Positions 9,546-18,496 are shown, numbered from the stretch's first letter. The stretch is 64,000 nt of DNA from Pedobacter sp. (GCA_050253415.1 JBFWJC010000004.1:1-64000), one strand, 5' to 3'. The notes: generated by a model from the letters alone, not told the origin. Made by a program: numbers and translations.

Positions 9546-10001
9546 ATGCTCGGCCCATCTACTCTTACAATTTTTGAAAAAGCAATTACTGCTCTAAATA
9601 ATGATTTGTCAAAAGAAAAAAGCAAAGTAGGAATTGTTTTTAAAAATATAATTGGCCATCCTGTTAAAGTGTTCGCTTCATTTATTGCAGCACCATTTCT
9701 TGTAATCAAAATAGCCTGTGTTGTAAAAAACCCAATCCGAAGAGCAATTGCAATCATTGGTTTACTGTTATCAATCGTTTTTGCTTACTTGTCGGCGACG
9801 TTTCTTGGTTCAGTTGTAGGGGCAGTTTTTGTTGCCTCAAATATTGGAATCTTGATGGGTATCGGGTTCTTTTTTGGAACAACTCTAAGCGTTTTCTTGA
9901 GTGTTGTTTTCTCAATTGTAGTATTTAACACAGTTTCTTTTGTTTTTTTAAAGATGAGTTCACAAGAAATAATCGATTATTTGCAAGAAATATCAACCTA
10001 G
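9546..10001 (+). CDS. Hypothetical membrane protein; probable gene cassette
   Basis: 151 aa from the ATG after a GAGAGGA RBS; several hydrophobic segments; low GC; stop lies inside the R'' box of the next attC-like site. Confidence 0.75.
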   Translation: MLGPSTLTIFEKAITALNNDLSKEKSKVGIVFKNIIGHPVKVFASFIAAPFLVIKIACVVKNPIRRAIAIIGLLLSIVFAYLSATFLGSVVGAVFVASNIGILMGIGFFFGTTLSVFLSVVFSIVVFNTVSFVFLKMSSQEIIDYLQEIST

Positions 10002-10098
10002 CGAAACACTTCATCGGATGTCCCAATGGTAGTGTTTCCCCAAAATTTCATACCGGATTCTTCAGCACTTCTCCACCGGTGAACTTAATTCGTTGGAC
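9996..10098 (+). other. attC-like site 2
   Basis: ACCTAGC-N5-ACTTCATCGG ... CCGGTGAACTT-N5-GTTGGAC, the R''/L''/L'/R' layout of an attC. Confidence 0.7.
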
Positions 10099-10459
10099 TG
10101 CCTTAATGTCTACCACCCATCAGACATCAAAAGCCCCCGACCACCTGGCCGAGGGCTTTTCTGATAAATGAGGGGTTGTTAGAAACACAGAAAAGTAGCA
10201 ACGATCAGCGAGAAATCAATCTGAGACAATAAACAAGACGGCCCCGCCAAAAATGCTGGCGGGGCCGTTTTTTATGATGGCTACTGTCTTGAAATTGAGG
10301 AGTCGTAATAATTTGATTCTCAGCCCCATCTGATCCCTGAAAACAATGTGAAACAATATGTTGGACACTTCTGCCCTCGTCGGAGTGAAAATGCCAGGAG
10401 TGCCTAGAAAACTACGGGCGATTCAATTTTTCTCTGCCTACCCCCGTTTGATATCTCCA

Positions 10460-10762
10460 CTACGATTCGACGATTCCGATTACTACCTTGAAGCCACCGG
10501 TCGCAAATTTTGGAAGATCGGCAATTGTTGCTTGCCCTTCGGCAGATCCACGTGCCTGCTCCATTTGAGCCTGAGATGTAAAATAGAGCTCGGCCATGCG
10601 ATAGAAGTCTGGTCTTCTTCCGTCCGCCCCGGCTACAAATTTGGTAAGCTCGATGCGTGCCACCTTTTTAATCTGGGATACAAGAGGCAAGTGGTTGTTT
10701 TCGTAATGCTTTTCGAACGCATAAAAACTCATCGGATGGCCATATAGTACGGTGATTTTCAT
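10460..10762 (-). CDS. EthD-family reductase
   Basis: KITVLYGHP...FEKHYENNHLPLV...MAELYF...DLPKFA is the EthD pattern. Confidence 0.85.
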   Translation of the reverse strand: MKITVLYGHPMSFYAFEKHYENNHLPLVSQIKKVARIELTKFVAGADGRRPDFYRMAELYFTSQAQMEQARGSAEGQATIADLPKFATGGFKVVIGIVES

Positions 10763-11072
10763 CATGCGGGCCTCTTTCATATGTATAATTGCCCAGCAAC
10801 AGCCGAATTAGACCACCAGCCATTAGGGGCGAACAATTGCTCTGCACCATCCGTTTGTGGCTTAGCGCGGCGAAGGGACAAACCGCCGCGCAATGCCCGC
10901 CAGGCTATACATCCTTTTTCGATCTTCTTAATTGTCTCGGGCAATCCTCCAGCGGCAACAATAATCCCGGCCGGACAGGCCCTACACAGAGACCACAGCG
11001 CGCGCTCTCTTTTTCGTTTATGGAAATTAGTCCCATGCTCTTTTCCATAAAACCAAGCCTATCAGTACCATG

Positions 11073-12167
11073 TTATTTTATGACGCATTTTACTCCTTCA
11101 CCTTTTAGTCCCGGGCCAAAGCATCCGTCACAATATATGCAGGTTGCTGGCTTTGTGTCCCCGGACTTCCAGCGTTCAATCAAATTTGGTTCGCGAATAA
11201 GAGGACGACAAATGGATATATAGTCAGCCACCCCGTCGTTTATCAGGTTTTCGGCTACTTCCAGGGAACGAATGCCACCAACCAGCAAGAGAGGTACGCC
11301 AATTTTCCCTTTATAGCGAATAGCTGCTTCTTTGTAATACACCTCTTTATCTTGTGAATCTAATGCGCCAATCCTGCAGCTGGAGTATGCGCCTGATGCA
11401 TATATTGTCCCGCCGCTCATTTCGATGGCGTCAACCCCGGCCTTTTCCAACATTGCGCAGACCTGGAGCATCTCATCCACAACGAGACCGTCTTTCACGA
11501 AATCCTCCGAATTGATCTTCACGAGCAGCAGAAACTCTTCCCCGACCTCGTTTCTGACCGCACGCACCGCCTCCAGAATAATTCGCGCTCGATTTTCTAT
11601 GCTTCCACCGTAATTGTCCGTTCGTTTGTTGAAAAACGGCGAAAGAAATTGGCTCATCAGATAACCATGGGCCGCATGCAGTTGCACTCCGTCATAACCG
11701 GCCTTCTTCGCCCGTCCCGCCGCCTTGGCGAAAGACTCCACGACCTGCTTGATCTCGGCCAATGTTATTTCCCGACATTCGGGAAAGTCTGGGGATTTGT
11801 TCGTGGAAGGCCCCAATACGTCGCTGCCGGTCAGGGCCTGAGGAGCGTAACAGCCGCCGTGGGCCAATTGCACGACAACTTTGCTACCGGTCCCATGAAT
11901 CGCGACCGCCATTTCCGCTAGCCCGGGGATGAATTCGTCTCCGTAAATGGCTAATTGAGAGGGGGCTGCCTTTCCTTCAGGACTCACGAAAGCCATGCCC
12001 GTGACGATCAGTCCCACGCCGCCACGGGCTCGCTCCACCAGAAACTCCCTGTTCTTTGCGGTGCAGAAACCTTTGTCATCGGCGAGTCCGTCCCATGTTG
12101 CCGAGTAGACATACTTGTTTTTCAGGGAAAGGCCTTTGAGTTGGGTCTTTTCAAACGATTTCAGCAT
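11073..12167 (-). CDS. NADH:flavin oxidoreductase (Old Yellow Enzyme family)
   Basis: ERARGGVGLIVTG, QLAHGG, GYDGVQLHAAHGYLMSQFLSP..NKRTD.YGGS.ENR; start moved to the ATG after the AGGAG RBS. Confidence 0.93.
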   Translation of the reverse strand: MLKSFEKTQLKGLSLKNKYVYSATWDGLADDKGFCTAKNREFLVERARGGVGLIVTGMAFVSPEGKAAPSQLAIYGDEFIPGLAEMAVAIHGTGSKVVVQLAHGGCYAPQALTGSDVLGPSTNKSPDFPECREITLAEIKQVVESFAKAAGRAKKAGYDGVQLHAAHGYLMSQFLSPFFNKRTDNYGGSIENRARIILEAVRAVRNEVGEEFLLLVKINSEDFVKDGLVVDEMLQVCAMLEKAGVDAIEMSGGTIYASGAYSSCRIGALDSQDKEVYYKEAAIRYKGKIGVPLLLVGGIRSLEVAENLINDGVADYISICRPLIREPNLIERWKSGDTKPATCIYCDGCFGPGLKGEGVKCVIK

Positions 12168-12446
12168 GGTCACTTCTCCTTTTGTGAATGATTTTCTGAG
12201 GGTGTTTCTCTTTGTGCCGACGATTTCGGGGCGTACCGGCTTTCCCCTCAGCCGAGTTCCTTGACCGGCGTGCAGGTACTTTGAAAGCGTAAACAGAAAT
12301 ACTGGTTGCCGAAGAAGCCAACATGGGGGTGGCTCAAATATTCGGGGATCTGCAGAATAGTCTTTCCACACCCCGAGATCTCCTTGCTATAACGGCGTAT
12401 CCTCTTTTCCATGTCGGCATGCCGGGATTCATTTATATTTGTATTA

Positions 12447-12463
12447 TCGACTAGACCGGTCTA
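12447..12463. promoter_or_regulatory. Putative TetR (NemR-like) operator upstream of the OYE gene
   Basis: Contains TAGACCGGTCTA palindrome; a related site lies at 13105-13120. Confidence 0.55.
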
Positions 12464-12505
12464 TGTAATAATGGGCAAAAAAAAGATGCTTTGCTTCTAC
12501 TTTGC

Positions 12506-13093
12506 TTAAAGAGCTAAAAATTTATCGAAGTACAGGTGGATAAAATTTTTCAAAGGCGCAGAGGATTTCTTAACCTTGGCGCGAAGCAGCGCCCCCTCGA
12601 ACGATGCGATCATGTTCTCCGCCAACGTTTCGGCGTCGAGATCCGCGGCGATTGCCTTTTCCCTTTGCGCTTGAAGAAGCAAGCTGATGAAAACATCGGC
12701 CCAGCGCTGCAGAGTCAGATCGAGGTGCTGCCTGATCCTTTCGTATTGATCGGACATTTCCAGGCTCAGGTTGCCAATCAAACACCCCTTGCTGCAGTCG
12801 TTGTTTTCAAACCGTGAGGTCAGGCTCTCGAAGCATTTCCTGATGCGCTGAAGGGGGGGCAGTGAATCATCCTCCAGGATCGGCTGGAAAACGCTGCTGT
12901 ATATCTCAACGACGAACCTGTCGATGACTGCCAGAGCGAAATCCTCCTTGCTGGAGAAGAAGTTGTAAAAGGACCCCTTCGGTACGTTAGCCTGTTTCAG
13001 GATGGCCTCGACGCCGGTAGCGTTGAACCCCCTGCTCAGCATGATGTCGAGTCCGGCCTGAACGATGTCGTCTTTGTTATGAATTCGTTTCAT
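12506..13093 (-). CDS. TetR-family transcriptional regulator (NemR-like)
   Basis: GFNATGVEAILKQANVPKGSFYNFFSSKEDF HTH and GCLIGNL motif. Start may be 13093 or 13105. Confidence 0.92.
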   Translation of the reverse strand: MKRIHNKDDIVQAGLDIMLSRGFNATGVEAILKQANVPKGSFYNFFSSKEDFALAVIDRFVVEIYSSVFQPILEDDSLPPLQRIRKCFESLTSRFENNDCSKGCLIGNLSLEMSDQYERIRQHLDLTLQRWADVFISLLLQAQREKAIAADLDAETLAENMIASFEGALLRAKVKKSSAPLKNFIHLYFDKFLAL

Positions 13094-13104
13094 GGAAAAC
13101 AGCA

Positions 13105-13120
13105 TAGACCGGTCAGTCTA
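13105..13120. promoter_or_regulatory. Putative TetR autoregulatory operator
   Basis: TAGACC-GGTC-AGTCTA resembles the NemR box TAGACC-N4-GGTCTA. Confidence 0.6.
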
Positions 13121-13464
13121 ATTAGGTCAAGGTTTTTTTCTGCTCGACTCCGTGGTAAGTGTGAAATTTAGAGGTTGAAATTTGATTCTGACCCAAAAAG
13201 CCGGTGAAAGAGGGAAATAACTTCCATAATTCCAATAAATCACGAGTTCCAAAACACAAAAGCCCCGTCCGGTTCGCCAGGCGGGGTTTTCTCATACTGC
13301 AGGGAATGCAGTAACAGCGAAAATACTCTCAATAAGCCATCAGAAAACAATTTGCCATAACTTTTGAGACATCTCAACAGAGTGTTTAGGCGATTCAATG
13401 ACTTGTGTTATGATTCGCCGGATCATTCACTCATTCAAGTTCTAATAAAAAAATCCGGTATGGT

Positions 13465-14484
13465 GTGTTTCAATTGAGCGAAAAACGAATTTTCATTACG
13501 GGTATAGCAGGTTTTTTGGGGAGTCATATCGCAGACAGGTGTCTGGCTGAAGGATACAGGGTTTCGGGATGTGACAACCTGATGGGTGGCTACCTTGACA
13601 ACGTTCCGGTTGGCGCTGGGTTTCATCAGATCGACTGCAACGATTTTGCCTCTCTGGCCCCTTTGATGAAAGGGGTCGATATTGTCTACCATTGCGCTGC
13701 CACAGCCTATGAAGGCCTCTCCGTATTCAGCCCGCATCTGGTCACCCGGAATGTTGTCACGGCGACCAGTGGCGTTGTTGCCGCGGCAGCGGCCGGAGGG
13801 GTCAAGCGCTTCGTTCTCTGCTCCTCCATGGCCAGGTATGGCACAAATGAGGTTCCGTTTACCGAGGATATGGTGCCGGCACCTCAGGACCCCTACGGCA
13901 TCGCCAAATGGTGTGCGGAACGACTGCTTGCCAATATCGCCGAAACCCACGGTATGGAGTGGGTGGTGGCGGTTCCTCACAATATCATCGGGCCCCGTCA
14001 GCGGTATGACGATCCTTACCGCAACGTGGCCGCTATTTTCATCAACCTGATGTTGCAAGGGCGCCAACCCTATATCTACGGAGACGGCAATCAGAAGCGC
14101 TGTTTCAGTTTTGTCTCCGATGTGGTGGACCCGCTTCTGCGCATGGCCACGGATAACCGCTGTGTTGGGGAGGTTATCAATATCGGCCCCGACGATGAGT
14201 TTGTGTCTATCGCCGAGCTTGCCGCCATGATCGCCCGGCTACTCGATTTTGATTTGCAGCCGAACCGGATCGATAGCCGCCCTCAGGAGGTTTTCTTTGC
14301 CAACTGCTGCGCCGACAAGGCCCGGCGACTGCTTGATTACCAGCCGAAGGTGAAACTCGAAGAGGGCTTGGCCGTTATGATCGACTGGATAAAATCTCGC
14401 GGACCTCGCCCCTTTTTACACAATGTAGAGTTGGAAATAGACGGACCGCTCGCGCCGAAGACCTGGTCGAAGAAGTTACTGTGA
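13465..14484 (+). CDS. NAD-dependent nucleotide-sugar epimerase/dehydratase
   Basis: TGIAGFLGSH Rossmann motif, YGIAK catalytic motif, extended SDR layout. Confidence 0.92.
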   Translation: MFQLSEKRIFITGIAGFLGSHIADRCLAEGYRVSGCDNLMGGYLDNVPVGAGFHQIDCNDFASLAPLMKGVDIVYHCAATAYEGLSVFSPHLVTRNVVTATSGVVAAAAAGGVKRFVLCSSMARYGTNEVPFTEDMVPAPQDPYGIAKWCAERLLANIAETHGMEWVVAVPHNIIGPRQRYDDPYRNVAAIFINLMLQGRQPYIYGDGNQKRCFSFVSDVVDPLLRMATDNRCVGEVINIGPDDEFVSIAELAAMIARLLDFDLQPNRIDSRPQEVFFANCCADKARRLLDYQPKVKLEEGLAVMIDWIKSRGPRPFLHNVELEIDGPLAPKTWSKKLL

Positions 14485-15791
14485 TGAGCCTGCTCCATAA
14501 CGAAACGGAAGGCGCAGGGCTCACACCAAAGGCCGCCACTATGCTGGCAGAGGCTACGGCATTGGAGGGATCGCTGCATCTGCCCGGAGTGCGCGACGAC
14601 TATCGATCCCGGCTGGAGCTCGTTGTACAGTCGGCCACAAGAGCTATGGACAGCGCGGTGGACAATCGAGAGGTTGCGTTGCTCCAATGGGTGTTACTAC
14701 GGGCTCAAGCGGCCCGGGCAGAGGATGCGCGCTATGGCGCCGGGCAGCTCTCGCGCGGATCTCAGCGGGCGCCCACATGGTCAGATTGCGAGGACGGCTG
14801 GCAGCGCGTTGAGCAGATCGTTTGCAATGCAGAAGAGGCGGCATCGGAGGCCGCACGTTTTGCTGAGCTCCTTAATACGGCCAAAGCGAGAGCGATAGCC
14901 CGCAGGGCTGAAATTGCCGGAAACGCCGCGAGGAAAATCGTCCTGGAGCGGAACCGCGCCTACACGTTTCATGCAGATCCCGGCTTTTCGTTCGGCGAAG
15001 GCTGGTACCTTGCTGCCGCGGCGCTGCTTGCCGGTGTTCCCATCCAGATCAGACCTGGCGCTGTTCAGGAATTGCAGGCCAAACATTTTCTGCGCGCTGC
15101 CGGGTTAGCAGGATCCCTTCGCCCCTATCGGTCCCGTCCGGCGAGTCCCAAGCATCTGACGCATATCATCGCTGAGGCTTTTCACGCTGACGCGCCAGGA
15201 GCACAGTGTACCCTTCGCGCAGCGTTTCTGGGAGAGGAATCGCCATCGGCTTCCTTAAGATCATGGATCGATGGCAATGTGGGAGGGAATTCAGAGCAGA
15301 AGGTGCTGCTTTGGGTACGAACGGGTGACCACGATGCCGAGCGCAACACCTGTTTCGATGAGTTGCGGCAGCTTTTTGACCTGGTATTGAATGCCGGGCT
15401 CACTCCCATCTTTTTCGGCGATGCTGTTCCCGCGGACCTTGTTCCGACGAGGGGAGTAGACCTGACCCTTTGCTGGAAAGAGCCGCTCTTCCAGGGGCCG
15501 GACATGCGCCTGGCTCAACTGCAACTGTTTGAGGAGTTGAAATGCCGACACAACCTGGTGGGCCAGATCGGTGTTACCACTGCCGGCATGGACGGACCGG
15601 CGCTTATGGGATTGCCCACTCTTTATCTCACACAGGAACGCAACGTCCGACTGGGCAAGTGGGTGGGAGCCGTTCCGGGATATCAAGAAGTCGTGCGGGC
15701 GCCGGGCTATTTCGAAATCATTCGTACCACCTTGCATCAGTGGAAGCAGCACCCTCGCGGATTTGCTGGCCAACCAGGAGAGGACGTTTAA
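14481..15791 (+). CDS. Hypothetical protein; helical N-terminus, possible GT-B-like C-terminus
   Basis: 436 aa, overlaps the epimerase stop (GTGA). C-terminal QIGVTTAGMDGPALMGLPTLYL resembles the GT9 motif. Confidence 0.7.
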   Translation: MMSLLHNETEGAGLTPKAATMLAEATALEGSLHLPGVRDDYRSRLELVVQSATRAMDSAVDNREVALLQWVLLRAQAARAEDARYGAGQLSRGSQRAPTWSDCEDGWQRVEQIVCNAEEAASEAARFAELLNTAKARAIARRAEIAGNAARKIVLERNRAYTFHADPGFSFGEGWYLAAAALLAGVPIQIRPGAVQELQAKHFLRAAGLAGSLRPYRSRPASPKHLTHIIAEAFHADAPGAQCTLRAAFLGEESPSASLRSWIDGNVGGNSEQKVLLWVRTGDHDAERNTCFDELRQLFDLVLNAGLTPIFFGDAVPADLVPTRGVDLTLCWKEPLFQGPDMRLAQLQLFEELKCRHNLVGQIGVTTAGMDGPALMGLPTLYLTQERNVRLGKWVGAVPGYQEVVRAPGYFEIIRTTLHQWKQHPRGFAGQPGEDV

Positions 15792-15874
15792 CATCAGTTG
15801 TGTAAATGGTTTTCCTATAAGTCACAGGTTCTAAAACACGAAAACCCCGTCCGGTTAGCCAGGCGGGGTTTTCT

Positions 15875-16671
15875 CATATTGCAGAAATTTCAATACCTCG
15901 ATTTGGTCCCATGGCGCAACAAGTTATGCGTAACTAAGGTTGCGAAACTTGTCCAGTCAAAACATCTATCGTGATAGCTCATAGAGCATCATCAAGGATG
16001 CCCTGCCACGGGTCGTCAGAAAGGTTTTTATTTTCCTGTTCCCCTTCAAGCACAGCTATCACTGCCCGCGCTTTTTCTTTGGGAATAAGCATTAGTTCGC
16101 TGTTAAGGCCTTCAGCAATCAGTTCCAGAGTACTTAGTTGCGGATTGCCCTTGGCCTCCAAACGTTGGTATTGCTGACGGGATACGCCGATGCGCATCAT
16201 CATGTCGTGTTGCTTGAAACCCAGCATCAATCGTCTTTTTTTGATCTGCTGCAGCAGAGATTCTGTCATAGAAACTCCTGTATTGCTTTTTGTGCTAACA
16301 GAAACACATAAGTTTCTTTATTTCAAATATGCAACAAATAAGTTGCCTTTTAAGGTTGGCAACATTTGTGTTGCCTATCCATTTTTCAGTGCATTTCTTC
16401 TTTTGAGAAGAATCGCAAAAATTCATTATTATTTCAATTATTTTGAATAAAATAGGGAGTTTATACATGAATCCGACCTGTCCTTCCAGGGCGCGAGCAT
16501 TAATGCGTCACCCAGACGCACTCACTATGCAGACAGGTCGGTCCTCCTGTTTGCACATTATCGAACGATGGTAGGTCACTAGGCTTCCTACATTCCAGAC
16601 AAATCACCACTCACCAGACGCGAAAGGCCCGCCAGGAGAATTGGCGGGACTTTTCCAATATATCAGGGTTT
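15875..16671. repeat. ~0.8-kb direct repeat, copy 2
   Basis: Near-identical to 7050-7845. Confidence 0.95.
15979..16269 (-). CDS. XRE-family HTH protein, HipB-like antitoxin (copy 2)
   Basis: 3 amino-acid differences from copy 1 over 96 aa. Confidence 0.85.
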   Translation of the reverse strand: MTESLLQQIKKRRLMLGFKQHDMMMRIGVSRQQYQRLEAKGNPQLSTLELIAEGLNSELMLIPKEKARAVIAVLEGEQENKNLSDDPWQGILDDAL

Positions 16672-17059
16672 ATAGTTCTCTTTCAAAGTCGAGATAACGG
16701 CGTACCGCCATGATGCCTTCATAACCCTTTTTCATTATGTCCAGAGGCGTAGCACTATCGAAACGCCGGTTGGGTTGGGTTATCCAACGGTGGGCCAGGT
16801 CGGTATTGTGGGGGAAAGCCTGACGAAGGGATTTGTGGATGCCGAGAAGATGCCCAGCCCTTCCTAGAAGGTCCTGGCGATCGGCAAGCGGATAACCATT
16901 GCGGTATCTGTAAAGGGTATCGCGATTTTTCCCTGACAACCCCAATAAGGCAGCCTGGTCTTTGAAGTCCAGTTCCCAGTGATCAAACAGACGCAAAATC
17001 ATTTTTGCTAGCCGTTGACGATTCTCGGGTGTATGCAAATCGACGTTGGATTGGGCCAT
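16670..17059 (-). CDS. MbcA/ParS/Xre-family antitoxin
   Basis: RLFDHWEL...QAALLG...LLGIHKSLR..FP.N...A..WI..PN..F....PLD.M......VRRYLD; ATG after a GGAGG RBS. Confidence 0.85.
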   Translation of the reverse strand: MAQSNVDLHTPENRQRLAKMILRLFDHWELDFKDQAALLGLSGKNRDTLYRYRNGYPLADRQDLLGRAGHLLGIHKSLRQAFPHNTDLAHRWITQPNRRFDSATPLDIMKKGYEGIMAVRRYLDFEREL

Positions 17060-17190
17060 TGTACGGTACCTCCCTGCTCCTCGCGGCACGAACATGGTGC
17101 CAACGAACACAAAATAAGGGAAATAAGAGTGGATAGCTTAACATTATATCTCCCTTCTGATGTTAGAAATCCGAGCGTTGTTTACACACT

Positions 17191-17294
17191 GTTACACCAC
17201 GGAATCATATTTGTAGTGTAACTATGCGAGACCCTCGGGTCAGCACATGGTTACACCGCATGCTGTTTTTTGTGGTGTAACTTCCGCTCGAAAT
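17191..17294. repeat. Two GTTACACC-N16-(A/G)GTGTAAC palindromic sites; the second is copy 2 of the 55-bp repeat
   Basis: 17191-17222 is an inverted, diverged copy. 17240-17294 is a direct copy of 5125-5179. Confidence 0.85.
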
Positions 17295-17484
17295 GATTTG
17301 GCAACAGATTAACGTACCCCCTTGGCGCAAGACAGGGTGCTTCCGTTTTAAGGGATCTGCTTAACGTCTTGAAAGCCAGTGGTAGGTGGGCACGGGCCTT
17401 AACCTTTTCCAAGCCATAATTTTACCAAGGCAACTAATCGGACAATCTCGAGTTATGCGCTGAGTCTACCCATTCGACGTATAA

Positions 17485-17691
17485 GGTCTTAGATGTCAGC
17501 AATTTGAGGTCACGTACAAGACGAAGGGGGACTTCAAGGCAACAGCCTTTAACGGTACCAATGGGCAGGTATCAACGGCGGTGCAATGTGGAGGTTTCAG
17601 ACCCGCACGTTCCTATCTGAGCCTCGATAAGTTGGGAGAGGTTCGAAATTTGATTGAAAAGGCCAAGAGCACATTGCAAGCCGTGCAATAG
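17485..17691 (+). pseudogene. 3' remnant of a cassette-like gene
   Basis: Open frame ...QQFEVTYKTKGDFKATAFNGTNGQVSTAVQCGGFRPARSYLSLDKLGEVRNLIEKAKSTLQAVQ* lacks a credible start and ends 2 bp before an attC-like site. Confidence 0.45.
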
Positions 17692-17693
17692 CC

Positions 17694-17785
17694 ACCCAAC
17701 AAATGGATGCAGCGAGCACTTGCCCCATCGTGCACGGCAGTTGTCGTACCCGCCGCTTCAAGTGCCGCAGAGCTCAGCATTGAGG
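17694..17785 (+). other. attC-like site 3 (degenerate R')
   Basis: ACCCAAC-N5-GATGCAGCG, inner stem GCACTTG/CAAGTGC, CGCAGAGCT-CAGC-ATTGAGG. Confidence 0.55.
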
Positions 17786-18208
17786 GGGTAGGTAAAGCCC
17801 GTCTTAAAAATCACGATCACTAGAACATCGGACGACCCAACCTTTTTCCCCTAGGTTGGGTCGTCTCATATCTTGTTTCAAATTGATTATCAGATTATCT
17901 AGGATTTATCAGTCGTCATGAGGGTATCTGAGTGGACAGGTTCCCATCAATAACAGGGGAATGGCTTTGGTTCGAGAATGGGTGTCTGCTCTGGAAACAA
18001 AAAGTATCTTTGGGTTTTATACGCCATTACCACGATCGTTCGGGATGATTCCAAAGGTTGCGTTTGAAGCAACGATGGGGAGTTAGATTGGAGATATTGT
18101 GCAGAAGGATTTCAAGTTATTCTAATGTCGTGTTTCAGAGGGGTTTCAACTTAAGTGAAAGCATACCGAATCCTTAAACTACCCATTCTTTTCCGACTAC
18201 CGAAAACA

Positions 18209-18241
18209 ACAAAAGCCCATCGCGAATAGAGGGGCTTTTGT
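18209..18241 (-). terminator. Hairpin downstream of the tRNA
   Basis: ACAAAAGCCC...GGGCTTTTGT inverted repeat. Confidence 0.6.
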
Positions 18242-18316
18242 CATCAAATCTTTCTTTTAACAATAAAATTTTTCGCTTGGTAGAAAAAACAGGGAATCCA
18301 CCAGTCCCTTTTGAAA

Positions 18317-18403
18317 TGGTGCGCGAGGCGGGACTTGAACCCGCACGGCTAAAAGCCGCAAGATTTTAAGTCTTGTGTGTCTGCCGAATTCCACCACTCG
18401 CGC
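18317..18403 (-). tRNA. tRNA-Leu(TAA)
   Basis: GCGCGAG acceptor stem, D-loop TGGTGGAATTCGGCAGACAC, anticodon arm CAAGA-CTTAAAA-TCTTG, long variable arm, GGTTCAAGTCC, encoded CCA. Confidence 0.96.
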
Positions 18404-18496
18404 ATAGATGGTAATGTTACTAACTATTTTTCCCTGCTCAATACCTTAATTTATAAAGGATATATACATACATAGTAAAGGGCCTACCGATCATTT

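Larger units (their letters stand above)
1..18496. mobile_element. Genomic island with GMT-like recombinase trio, ending at a tRNA-Leu locus (left end outside window)
   Basis: Tyrosine recombinases, IS, long direct repeats, attC-like sites and mixed-composition cargo. Housekeeping genes start abruptly after the tRNA-Leu stub at 18497-18523. Confidence 0.75.

Noticed and set aside
12168..12371. N-terminal extension of the OYE ORF
   Set aside because: Family similarity and the RBS start at ATG 12167.
17870..18200. Possible gene or ncRNA before the tRNA terminator
   Set aside because: No ORF of 60 aa or more and no recognisable structure.
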